From the NCBI GenBank assembly GCA_903921785.1, contig CAIXRH010000014.1, forward strand, positions 1,697 through 65,696: a stretch of DNA of 64,000 nt. The letters are read 5' to 3'. A program made the translations under genes and the position numbers. The DNA comes from an uncultured Pseudomonadota bacterium (lineage in GTDB: Bacteria; Myxococcota_A; UBA796; SXON01). The notes beneath the pieces are model-generated. The model did no database searches and had not been told where the DNA came from. It saw nothing but the letters and a program-made list of their open reading frames with translations. Each line of letters begins with the position of its first letter. Positions within the stretch are counted from its first letter, which is position 1. Below are positions 37,602 through 46,687 of this stretch, in pieces.

Positions 37602-39146
37602 ATGTCCACCCTCGACGCAACCCAGCTGGCCAGCCTCGACACCGCGACGTTTGACGCGATCCGTCGACGGATCTACGAACTCGCGGGGATCTCGCTGGGG
37701 GAAGGGAAGCGCCTGATGGTCGAAGGGCGGCTCGGCAAGCGCGTCCGCCAACTGGGTCTGCCTTCGTACAAGGCCTACCTCGCCCGGCTCGACGAGGCGG
37801 GGCAGGAAGAAGAACGCACCTTCATCAACGCGCTCACCACCAACAAGACCGACTTCTTCCGAGAGGAGCACCACTTCGAGTACCTCGCCTCCGCCGTCTT
37901 CCCGGCCGTGCTCGCGCGCGCCGAACGCGGAGGGCCGAAGCGCTTGCGCATCTGGTGCGCCGCGTCGAGCACCGGGGAGGAGCCCTGGTCGTTGGCGATG
38001 ACGGTCGCGGAGTCGTTCGGCGTACGGCCCGGGTGGGACGTGCAGATCGTCGCCAGTGACATCGACACCGACGTGCTGGAACGGGCAAAACGGGGGGTGT
38101 ACGAAGAAGACCGGATGAGCGGTGTGAGCGTCGCGAGGCGCAACAAGCACTTCCAGCAGGGCCGCGGGGAAGCCGACGGATGGTTCCGGGTGAAGGACTC
38201 CCTCCGGAGCCTGGTGTCGTTCCGCCAGCTGAACCTCATCGGCGAGCGCTGGGACCTGCCCGACGCCATTGACGTCATCTTCTGCCGCAACGTGATCATC
38301 TACTTCGACCGCCCCACGCAGACGCGCCTGTTCGCGCGGATGGCGGACCGAGTGGCGCCCGGCGGGTACCTCTTCGCCGGCCACTCCGAGTCGCTCCTCG
38401 GCGTCACTGATCGCTTCGAGCCGATCGGCAACACCGTGTACCGGCTCGCCGGCTCCACAAATGTCCGCCCCGCGCCTTCGGCCCCCGCGCCCGCGAAACA
38501 CGGTCACGGACATGGCCACGGACATGGCCACGGGCACGCCCAGGTCCACCCAGCGGCTTCCCCCCGGGCAACCCCGCCGCCACCCCAAGCGCCCGAAGTC
38601 AGCGCCGAGGCCAAACTTCCCCTCAAGCGGATCATCGTCGGCGAAGTCCACGCCAGCGCCGAGCCCGTCCGGATCGCCACCGTACTCGGCTCCTGCGTGG
38701 CCGCCTGCTTGTGGGACCCGGTGAGCGGCATCGGGGGGATGAACCACTTCCTCCTTCCGGACGGAGAACATGGCGGGGGCGGCGACGCCGCCCGCTACGG
38801 GATCCACGCGATGGAGCTCCTGATCAACCAGATCATGGGCCTCGGCGGCGACCGTCGGCGGTTGCAGGCGAAGGTCATGGGCGCGAGTCAGCTCTCGAAC
38901 CTGCAAAGCAACGTGGCCGTGCGTAACGCCACCTTTGTCCGCGAGTTCCTCCGCGATGAGGGGATCAGCGTCGTGGCCGAGCGCCTGCTCGGCGACAAGC
39001 CGCTCGAAGTGCACTTCCTGCCTCACACCGGCGTGGTCCTGGTCCGGGAGGTCGGCCGGCAGGCCGTCACCGCCGCGGAGACCGAGGCCGCGCGCCTGGC
39101 CAAGGAGCTTGAGTCCGAAAAAGCTCCGTCCGTCACCCTGTTCTGA
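37602..39146 (+). CDS. CheR-CheD fusion protein with His/Gly/Pro-rich linker
   Basis: CheR motifs TTNKTDFFRE, SSTGEEPWS, IFCRNVIIYFD, GHSES; CheD motifs TVLGSCVA, GGMNHFLLP, RYG; one continuous frame. Confidence 0.92.
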   Translation: MSTLDATQLASLDTATFDAIRRRIYELAGISLGEGKRLMVEGRLGKRVRQLGLPSYKAYLARLDEAGQEEERTFINALTTNKTDFFREEHHFEYLASAVFPAVLARAERGGPKRLRIWCAASSTGEEPWSLAMTVAESFGVRPGWDVQIVASDIDTDVLERAKRGVYEEDRMSGVSVARRNKHFQQGRGEADGWFRVKDSLRSLVSFRQLNLIGERWDLPDAIDVIFCRNVIIYFDRPTQTRLFARMADRVAPGGYLFAGHSESLLGVTDRFEPIGNTVYRLAGSTNVRPAPSAPAPAKHGHGHGHGHGHGHAQVHPAASPRATPPPPQAPEVSAEAKLPLKRIIVGEVHASAEPVRIATVLGSCVAACLWDPVSGIGGMNHFLLPDGEHGGGGDAARYGIHAMELLINQIMGLGGDRRRLQAKVMGASQLSNLQSNVAVRNATFVREFLRDEGISVVAERLLGDKPLEVHFLPHTGVVLVREVGRQAVTAAETEAARLAKELESEKAPSVTLF

Positions 39147-39155
39147 GTATCCCTC

Positions 39156-40295
39156 ATGGCCCGCACCCGCGTCCTGGTCGTCGATGACTCCGCGCTCATG
39201 CGCCAGTTGCTCACCGACCTCATCAATCGATCCCCGGACTTCGAGGTGGTCGGCAGCGCCCCGGACCCCTACGCGGCGTGGGACCGCATCAAGCAGCTCC
39301 GGCCCGACGTCCTCACCCTCGACGTGGAGATGCCCCGCCTCGACGGGATCAGCTTCCTCGAGCGGCTGATGCGCAATTTTCCGATGCGCGTGGTGATGGT
39401 CAGCTCGCTCACCGAGCGCGGCTGCGAAACCACGCTTCGCGCGCTGGAGATCGGCGCGATCGACTATGTCGCCAAGCCGAAGCTCGATCTCACCCGGGGA
39501 ATGGAGTCCCTTGGGGAGGAGCTGCTCGACAAGCTCCGCAACGCAGCGGCCGCACGGGTGCCCACCGCCCGAACCGCCGCAGCCCCGCCCCCGGCCACGT
39601 ACACTCCGTCGCCGCCCCCCGCCACGACGGCGCCCGCTCCGACGCGCCCGGCCGCGGGGCTCTCCTTCGCCGCCACCCACAAGGTCATCGCGATCGGCGC
39701 CTCCACCGGGGGGACCGAAGCGCTCAAGGACGTGCTGGCGGCGGTCCCCGCGGACTCGCCCGGGGTGGTGATCGTCCAACACATGCCCCCGATGTTCACC
39801 GCGCAGTTCGCTGAACGTCTCAACCGGATGAGCCGGATGACGGTGAAGGAGGCGAAGGACGGGGACCGGGTGCTCCCCGGCGTCGCGCTGCTCGCGCCCG
39901 GCGGCCAACAGATGGAGGTGGTGCGCAGCGGCGCCCAATACTCGGTCAAGGTGTACGCGGGTCCGCCGGTGAGCCGGCACTGCCCGAGCGTGGATGTGCT
40001 CTTCGACTCCTGTGCCCGGCAGGTGGGCGCCAACGCGGTGGGGGTGATCCTCACCGGGATGGGCGACGACGGCGCCAAGGGCATGCTCGCCATGCGCCAG
40101 GCCGGAGCCCGCACGATCGCCCAGGATGAACGGTCCTGTGTGGTTTTCGGGATGCCCAAGGAGGCGATCGCGCGGGGCGGCGTGGAGTCGGTGCTCCCGC
40201 TCGGCTCCATCGGCCCCTCGATGCTCGCCATGGCGAACGGAAACCTCAAGACCGACCGTGTTCGTGCCGATCAGGGTGCCGCACCTGTTTCCTGA
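39156..40295 (+). CDS. cheB: Chemotaxis methylesterase
   Basis: Receiver domain plus GASTGG, QHMP, PSVDVLF, LTGMGDDGA, VVFGMP. Confidence 0.96.
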   Translation: MARTRVLVVDDSALMRQLLTDLINRSPDFEVVGSAPDPYAAWDRIKQLRPDVLTLDVEMPRLDGISFLERLMRNFPMRVVMVSSLTERGCETTLRALEIGAIDYVAKPKLDLTRGMESLGEELLDKLRNAAAARVPTARTAAAPPPATYTPSPPPATTAPAPTRPAAGLSFAATHKVIAIGASTGGTEALKDVLAAVPADSPGVVIVQHMPPMFTAQFAERLNRMSRMTVKEAKDGDRVLPGVALLAPGGQQMEVVRSGAQYSVKVYAGPPVSRHCPSVDVLFDSCARQVGANAVGVILTGMGDDGAKGMLAMRQAGARTIAQDERSCVVFGMPKEAIARGGVESVLPLGSIGPSMLAMANGNLKTDRVRADQGAAPVS

Positions 40296-40305
40296 GGAGA
40301 TCCCC

Positions 40306-40662
40306 ATGAACGTCCTGATCGTGGATGACAGCAAGGCGATGCGCATGATCGTGGCGCGTACGCTCCGCCAGATGGCGGTGGCCGTGACGTCGATCACCGA
40401 GGCCGCGGACGGCTCCGACGCCCTCCCGCTGGCGAAAGCCGGCAAGTACGACCTCATCATCTGCGACTGGAACATGCCCCAGATGAACGGGATCGACTTC
40501 CTCCGCGAGCTCCGCAAGGCGGGCATCCGCACCCGCTTCGGGTTCTGCACCTCGGAGGCCACCCCCGACATGCGCGTGATGGGGATGCAAGCCGGCGCCC
40601 AGTTCTTCGTCACCAAGCCGTTCACCGCTGACACCTTCCAGAACGCCATGAAGGCGGCGTAG
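40306..40662 (+). CDS. CheY-like response regulator
   Basis: VDDS, CDWNMPQMNG, TKPF; GAGGAG RBS. Confidence 0.9.
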   Translation: MNVLIVDDSKAMRMIVARTLRQMAVAVTSITEAADGSDALPLAKAGKYDLIICDWNMPQMNGIDFLRELRKAGIRTRFGFCTSEATPDMRVMGMQAGAQFFVTKPFTADTFQNAMKAA

Positions 40663-40671
40663 CGAGGCCCC

Positions 40672-41163
40672 ATGGCGATCGTCCTTCCTCCTGCCGTTCC
40701 CGACGCGGAAGAGCTCCGCGCGCTGCTCGCACAGCTCCTTGGCAAGCCCGTCGCCCTCAAGTCCCCCGTCGGGCCACCGAAGCCGAACATCGCCCCGCAG
40801 GTGCAGGCCATGTACTGCGCGGCGGACGGGACTGCGCGCGCGATGGCATCGGTCGACCTTCCGCTCGCCGCCAACCTCGGCGCCGCGCTGGCGATGATGC
40901 CCGCGGCCACCGCCGCCGAAGCCGCCCGCTCCGGCCGGATGAACGAGCTGCTGTCCGACTGTCTCCACGAGGTCCTCAACGTCTGTGCACGCCTGCTCAA
41001 CCGCCCGGGCGGGATGCACGTGGTGCTCAAGAAGGTCGCCGCGGCGCCGGACTCGCTCCCGGCCGACGTACGCGCGGCCCTGTCCAAGGCGCCGCTCCAG
41101 CGGGAGTACGACCTCGAGATCGCCGGGTACGGCCGAGGGAAGATCGTGTTCCGCGCCGCCTGA
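40672..41163 (+). CDS. CheX/CheC-like phosphatase (putative)
   Basis: DCLHEVLNV carries an ExxN motif; follows a CheY gene. Confidence 0.55.
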   Translation: MAIVLPPAVPDAEELRALLAQLLGKPVALKSPVGPPKPNIAPQVQAMYCAADGTARAMASVDLPLAANLGAALAMMPAATAAEAARSGRMNELLSDCLHEVLNVCARLLNRPGGMHVVLKKVAAAPDSLPADVRAALSKAPLQREYDLEIAGYGRGKIVFRAA

Positions 41164-41184
41164 ACCCCGTCCCGTCGCGACACC

Positions 41185-41217
41185 ACACACCCGCCCTCCG
41201 GCGGGTGTGTTCGTTTT
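41185..41217 (+). terminator. Intrinsic terminator
   Basis: acacacccgcc-ctcc-ggcgggtgtgt 11-bp stem followed by tcgtttt. Confidence 0.8.
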
Positions 41218-41289
41218 GAGACTCCGGATCACTACCTAAAGTCGCCGGTACAACGATCCGACGTTGAACCATCGCACCACGGAGTGGGC

Positions 41290-43008
41290 ATGTCTCTGTC
41301 GATTCGGTCGCGGCTCTTCGGGCTGGTGGGGCTCGCCGGCCTGAGCATCGGCGGGTTCGCCGGTTACGTCTATGTCAACACCGAGGAGCACGTCGAGGAG
41401 TCCGATTTCCGCCCAGTCAACGAGGTCAACGTGCTGCTCGCGGACGAGCTGCCGCCCCCGGCCTACGCGATCGAAGCCTTCCTGGTGTGTCAGCGCCTCG
41501 AGGACACCACGGACCCGGCCGCGCGCGCCTCTTTGATCGAAGAATTCGGAAAACGTGAGGCTGAGTTCCATAGCCGGATCGCCTACTGGTCCGAACACTT
41601 GCCCGACGGTCCCCTCCGGGCGCAGATCACCGGTCCCATGGCAAAGTCGGGCGATGCGTTCTTCGGCGCGGTGCACGGCAAGTTCCTCCCGGCCATCGAA
41701 TCGAACGATCTCGCCGCAGCCAGCACGATCACCAGCAGCACCCTCACCCCGCTCTTCCTCGACCACCGCGAGGCGGTGGTGCGGGCCGTTGAGGTCACCA
41801 ACCTCGAACTCGCCGCACGAACCTCCACGGTGGAGCGCCAGATCGGCACAACCAAGACCGAATTCGCCGTCCTCGGTTCGTTCCTCGCGGCGCTCGGCCT
41901 CGCCATCGGCGCCTGGATCACCCGCGACCTGTCTTCACGCCTCACCGCCGCGGATCACACCCTCCGTTCCGTCGCCGACGGCGACTACCGGGTGCGCATG
42001 GAGGAGGGCGCGGACGACGAGCTCGGGCAGATGGCGCGGTCGCTCAACCGGGCCGTCGGCGCGGTCGAGCAGGCCATCGCCGATGTACGGGGGATTGCGG
42101 AGGGGCTGGCAGACTCGGCCCGGCGCCTGAGCAGCTCCGCGGAGGAGATCAGCGCCGGCGCCCAGTCCCAGGCCAGCGCCCTCGAAGAGACCGCAGCCAA
42201 CCTGGAAGAGATCACCGCGACCATCCATGCCTCCAGCTCCCGCGCGGGCGGCGCCCGACAGCTCGCTGTGGCGTCGCGAGACGTCGCGGTGCAGGGAGGC
42301 AAGGTGGTCGAGGACGCGGTCTCCGCGATGACCGCCATCAACCAGTCGTCCACGCGGATCGCCGCGATCATCGGCACGATCGACGAGATCGCCTTCCAGA
42401 CCAACCTCCTCGCGCTCAACGCCGCGGTCGAAGCGGCCCGGGCGGGAGAGCAAGGCCGCGGGTTCGCGGTCGTGGCCGCCGAAGTGCGGAACCTGGCGCA
42501 GCGGAGCGCCACCGCGGCCCGCGAGACCAAGGAGCTCATCCAAGACAGCCAGCGGAAGGTGGGCGACGGCACCCAGCTGGTGAACCGCTCCGGCGACATC
42601 CTGCGGGAGATCGTCACCAGCGCCAAGGGCGTGGCCGAGACCGTGGACGAGATGGCCGGCGCCTTCCGGGACCAGTCCACGGGCGTGAATGAGGTGCACA
42701 AGGCGGTGAGCCAGATGGACACGGTGACGCAGACCAATTCGGCCGCCACCACCGACCTGAGCGACATGTCCGCGGGCCTTGCGGCCCAGGCCACCCAGCT
42801 CAGCCATGCGATGTCCCGGTTCCACGTCGGTGTCGCCGCCAACGTCGCCCCGGTGGCCGTCAGCACCGCCCTCCACACGCCGAAGGTGGCGATGGCCAAG
42901 CGCGCCCGTCCGGCGAGCCGGCCGCGCCCCGCCCCGGGTGTCGGAGCGCCGGCCTCCAGGGGTCCGTCCGACTTCCCGTCCGACACCGAGATGTTCGACA
43001 CGCTCTGA
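41290..43008 (+). CDS. Methyl-accepting chemotaxis protein (TM, helical sensor, TM, HAMP, signalling domain)
   Basis: DELGQMARSLN HAMP; [30 protein letters not shown]. Confidence 0.95.
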   Translation: MSLSIRSRLFGLVGLAGLSIGGFAGYVYVNTEEHVEESDFRPVNEVNVLLADELPPPAYAIEAFLVCQRLEDTTDPAARASLIEEFGKREAEFHSRIAYWSEHLPDGPLRAQITGPMAKSGDAFFGAVHGKFLPAIESNDLAAASTITSSTLTPLFLDHREAVVRAVEVTNLELAARTSTVERQIGTTKTEFAVLGSFLAALGLAIGAWITRDLSSRLTAADHTLRSVADGDYRVRMEEGADDELGQMARSLNRAVGAVEQAIADVRGIAEGLADSARRLSSSAEEISAGAQSQASALEETAANLEEITATIHASSSRAGGARQLAVASRDVAVQGGKVVEDAVSAMTAINQSSTRIAAIIGTIDEIAFQTNLLALNAAVEAARAGEQGRGFAVVAAEVRNLAQRSATAARETKELIQDSQRKVGDGTQLVNRSGDILREIVTSAKGVAETVDEMAGAFRDQSTGVNEVHKAVSQMDTVTQTNSAATTDLSDMSAGLAAQATQLSHAMSRFHVGVAANVAPVAVSTALHTPKVAMAKRARPASRPRPAPGVGAPASRGPSDFPSDTEMFDTL

Positions 43009-43029
43009 GCCGGCCCGACCGGCGGAGCG

Positions 43030-43053
43030 CGCGGCCACCTTCGGGTGGCCGCG
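43030..43053 (+). terminator. Stable hairpin (cUUCGg loop) after MCP
   Basis: cgcggccacc-ttcg-ggtggccgcg; no clear U-tract. Confidence 0.55.
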
Positions 43054-43104
43054 GCAATTGTGGAAACCATTCCGGCGAACCGGCATCGGAGCCCCGGAGG
43101 CCCC

Positions 43105-44100
43105 ATGCCCACCCGCCGCTCCTTCCTCGGGGCGCTCGCCGCCACGGCGTGCGCTTCCGCGACCTCGCGTTCAACGCCCACCAACCCCGGCCCCCCGGCC
43201 GATCCTGGCGACGACGCCCCTCTCGATCCGATCACCTCCAACGAGGACTTCTACCGGATCTTCGTGTCTCCCACCGTCCCGGACGAAGCGGCGGTCGCGG
43301 CATGGGAGCTGACCCTCGCGACCGAGGACGGGGACGAGGAGGTGCTGACGCCCGCGGCCGTCGAGGCAATTGGCGGGGAGGAGCAGGAGCGCACGCTGAG
43401 CTGCATCGGCGGATCATCGTCTTCCACCGTGGGCAACGCCCTCTGGACCGCCACCCGGCTCGACACGCTGCTCGACGCGGTCGGCCTCACGCCCGACGCC
43501 CGCCTCAAGTGGGTGCGCTTCACGGCGTTCGACAGGTACACCACCTGCGTGCCCCGGTCCGACCTCGACGCGGGCCTCGCGCTGGCCTGGAGGATGAACG
43601 GCGTGGCGCTGCCGGTGAGCCATGGCGCCCCGTTCCGGGCGCTCGTCCCCGGGCGCTACGGCATGAAGAACCCGAAGTGGATCCAGCGGATCGACTTCAT
43701 CGAGGAGCTGGAAGCAGGCTTCTGGGAGAGCCGCGGCTGGTCCCAGGACGCGGAGTACCAGGTGGCGTCGTGGTTCGTGGCGCCGAACGCGGGCGCGGAG
43801 GTCACGCCGGACGGCGCCTGGCTCAAGGGCATCGCGTTCGCGGGCGAGGCGGGCATCTCCCGGGTCGATCTCAGCGACGACGGCGGGCTCTCCTGGTTCG
43901 AAGCCGAGATCACCTACCCCGGCGGCCCCGGGGTTTGGACGCTGTGGCGGGTGAAGTGGGTGCCTCCCGCACCGGGCTCGTACACTCTCCTGGTGCGCGC
44001 CACCGCGGCAGATGGCCGGGTACAAGCCGATCTTGAGCCCTACGACGGCGACCTCGACGGCCTGGAGGCGCTCGACCCGCGCGGAGTGACCGCGACCTGA
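43105..44100 (+). CDS. Sulfite-oxidase-family molybdopterin oxidoreductase, Tat-exported (lipo)protein
   Basis: MPTRRSFLG Tat motif; LSCIG Mo-ligand Cys; MNG..LP..HG.P.R..VPG.YG.K.PKW; C-terminal Ig-like dimerisation domain. Confidence 0.9.
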   Translation: MPTRRSFLGALAATACASATSRSTPTNPGPPADPGDDAPLDPITSNEDFYRIFVSPTVPDEAAVAAWELTLATEDGDEEVLTPAAVEAIGGEEQERTLSCIGGSSSSTVGNALWTATRLDTLLDAVGLTPDARLKWVRFTAFDRYTTCVPRSDLDAGLALAWRMNGVALPVSHGAPFRALVPGRYGMKNPKWIQRIDFIEELEAGFWESRGWSQDAEYQVASWFVAPNAGAEVTPDGAWLKGIAFAGEAGISRVDLSDDGGLSWFEAEITYPGGPGVWTLWRVKWVPPAPGSYTLLVRATAADGRVQADLEPYDGDLDGLEALDPRGVTAT

Positions 44101-44153
44101 CCCGTGGCGGGCGGCCGTCCGGCCGCATAGACGCGCGCCACCTCGGAGTTCCC

Positions 44154-45410
44154 ATGGCCCTCGTCCCCGTCCACGGTGGTCTCGACGCCCCGGTCGACCG
44201 CTTCCTCCCCTTCAGCAAGAAGTCGGCCCTCCTCGCCGAGTCTGCCGGCATGCCGCGCATCGCGGTCACCGACGCCGACCTCTCGGTGGTCTACCGCATC
44301 GCCGACGGCACGCTGTCGCCGCTCACCGGCTTCATGGACGAGGCCACCTACAACCACGTCCTCGACGAGAAGAACCTCGTCCGCAACGGCGAGAAGTACG
44401 CGTGGGCCATCCCCCTCGCCCTCCCGGTCACCGAGGCCGAGGCCGCCGCGCTCAAGCCGGGCGTGGTCGCCGCCCTGGTGGACAGCACCGGCGCCGTCTT
44501 CGGGACGATCGCCGTCAACAGCGTCTTCGGCTGGAACAAGCAGCGCTACGTCGAGAAGGTGTACCTCACCTCCCGGCTCGACCACCCCGGCGCCGCCATC
44601 GCCACCGGCGATGATCGCACCACGCTCGTCGGCGGCGACATCTCCGTGCTCCCGGCCCGCCGCCACGTCGAGTACGGCGACCTGATGAACTCCCCGGCGC
44701 GCACCCGGCAGATGATCGCCGAGCGGAAGTTCACCGCGGCCCTGGCTTTCCAGACGCGCAACCCGCTCCACCGCGCCCACGAGTACGCGCTGGTTTACGG
44801 CGTGGAGCAGCTCACCCGTGCCGGCCACTACGCGGGCGTGGTGCTCAACCCCCTCGTCGGGCAGCTCAAGAACGACGATGTGGACGCGTCCACCCGCGTG
44901 CGCACCTACCGCATGCTCCGCGACCGCCGCCTCCTCGGCCAGGGCGACAGCGACCGCGCCCTCTGGGAAAAGGTCGGCTACGACCTCAACGACGTCTTCG
45001 AGCTGGTCTGCCTGGACATGAAGATGTTCTACGGCGGCCCCTCCGAAGCGATCATGCACAGCATCTACCGCCAGAACCACGGGTTCTCGCACATCGTCAT
45101 CGGCCGCAAGCACGCCGACGCTCCCTACTTCGACAAGTCGGCGATCTGGGGCGACTTCGACGCGCAGGAGATCTTCGAGAAGCTCCCCGGCACGCTGCAC
45201 ACCCGCCCGGTGAAGGTTGGGTTCGCGGCCTACTACGAGAGCATCGGCCGGGTGGACCTCACCGAGAACCACAAGGGCGAGGAGCCCTACAGCATCTCCG
45301 GCACCAAGATGCGCGAGCAGCTCGTGGGCGGCGAACGCCCCGACGCCCGCATCATCCGCGGCGACGTGGCGGACGTGCTGATCGAAGCCTACCGGGCGAA
45401 GGGCAACTAG
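44154..45410 (+). CDS. sat: Sulfate adenylyltransferase (ATP sulfurylase)
   Basis: LSPLTGFM, FQTRNPLHRAHEY, YGGPSEA, RQNHGFSHIVIGRKHA, ISGTKMRE. Confidence 0.93.
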   Translation: MALVPVHGGLDAPVDRFLPFSKKSALLAESAGMPRIAVTDADLSVVYRIADGTLSPLTGFMDEATYNHVLDEKNLVRNGEKYAWAIPLALPVTEAEAAALKPGVVAALVDSTGAVFGTIAVNSVFGWNKQRYVEKVYLTSRLDHPGAAIATGDDRTTLVGGDISVLPARRHVEYGDLMNSPARTRQMIAERKFTAALAFQTRNPLHRAHEYALVYGVEQLTRAGHYAGVVLNPLVGQLKNDDVDASTRVRTYRMLRDRRLLGQGDSDRALWEKVGYDLNDVFELVCLDMKMFYGGPSEAIMHSIYRQNHGFSHIVIGRKHADAPYFDKSAIWGDFDAQEIFEKLPGTLHTRPVKVGFAAYYESIGRVDLTENHKGEEPYSISGTKMREQLVGGERPDARIIRGDVADVLIEAYRAKGN

Positions 45411-45535
45411 TCCGAACAGGGCGGTCCGGCGGGCCCGAGGCCCGCCGTCGGGCTGCTCCAGGCTCGGCTGACGCCTCGGTCCCTGCGGGACCGGCGGCCG
45501 TTGGCCGCCGCCTTCCGCATCCCTACCGCGGCGCC

Positions 45536-46615
45536 TCAGCAGCCGCTGCTGGCCTTCCCCGGCGAGCCCTTGTCCGACGCCGCGCCCGAGATCGCCGACG
45601 TGGCCATGCACCAGCTTCGGGCCGAGTCGTTCGAGCTGGTGTCGGCCTTGCTGTCGTTGAGCTCGATGCTCGCGCCCTTGGCGAGGGGCCAGCCGGCGGT
45701 CTCGTCCCAGGTCACCGCATCGAGCGTGGTGGTGTTGCCGCCGTTCGCGCGGCCGACGTAGAGGTCGTCGCCCGAGTTGTTGAAATTCACGCCACGACCT
45801 GCATAGTCGAAGTCAGCGGTCACCCCACCGTTGAGCGTGGAGTCGCCCTGCGCCGCGAAAACGAGGCGGTCCCCGTCCGTGGCCACCAGGGCGCTGTCCA
45901 CGGTGAACAGGTCGGCCGCCCCGAAGCTCGGGTCATCCGCCACCCGGAGCCCCTCGAGGTTCACCGAGGTCTCCGTGCTGACGAGGAGCTCGAACCACTC
46001 GCCGTCCCCGTCACTGACCGCGTCGGGGTCGTACATGATCTCGGTGATGACCAGCTCGCCGGCCTTGAGGTCGGCCACGCCGTAGTCCGCGCCGTCGCAG
46101 TCCTTGTCCACGTCGTCGCCGCGGGTCTCCTTCGCGTCGGGGTGCACGCTGGCGTTCCCATCATCGCAGTCGGTGCCGTGAACGGCCTCGCTGGCGTAGC
46201 CGTCCCCGTCCGCGTCGGCCTCCGCGGTGGCGTCCTTGCCGTCGCAGTCCTGGTCGATCTTGTCGCCCGCGGGGTCCGCGGCGCCGGGGTGGATGCTCGG
46301 ATCCTCGTCGTTGCAGTCCACCGCGTCGGAGTAGCCGTCTGCGTCGGCGTCCACGAAGCTCCCGGTGTCCGACCCGGTGTCGGCGCCGGTGTCATTGTTG
46401 TAGCCGTCTGCGTCGTCGCAATTGGCGTCGATCCCGTCGCCGGCGGCGTCGTTGGCGCCAGGATGCACATTCGGATCGGCGTCGTCACAATCCACGGAGG
46501 CCAGGTAGCCGTCGTGGTCCGCGTCCACGAAGTCGGTCCCGGAGGCCCCACTGTCGTTGGCGATGGACGTGGAGGTATCACAGGCAGCCAGGGCCAGCAG
46601 GAGCAGAGGGGTCAT
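45536..46615 (-). CDS. Lipoprotein with 3 MopE-type repeats and lamin-tail domain
   Basis: LLALAAC lipobox; DCxD....HP.A x3; LVITEIMYDP..GEWFEL; GSPG. Confidence 0.88.
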   Translation of the reverse strand: MTPLLLLALAACDTSTSIANDSGASGTDFVDADHDGYLASVDCDDADPNVHPGANDAAGDGIDANCDDADGYNNDTGADTGSDTGSFVDADADGYSDAVDCNDEDPSIHPGAADPAGDKIDQDCDGKDATAEADADGDGYASEAVHGTDCDDGNASVHPDAKETRGDDVDKDCDGADYGVADLKAGELVITEIMYDPDAVSDGDGEWFELLVSTETSVNLEGLRVADDPSFGAADLFTVDSALVATDGDRLVFAAQGDSTLNGGVTADFDYAGRGVNFNNSGDDLYVGRANGGNTTTLDAVTWDETAGWPLAKGASIELNDSKADTSSNDSARSWCMATSAISGAASDKGSPGKASSGC

Positions 46616-46687
46616 GCATCGAGTGTACCGCCACGCCGTCACGGAAGGAGGGCAAGCCGTCACCGAACCGTACTCGGGAAGGAAACG

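Noticed and set aside
37374-41186. 1270-aa minus-strand ORF
   Set aside because: Antisense to cheR-cheD, cheB and cheY, which have clear motifs; no recognisable domain.
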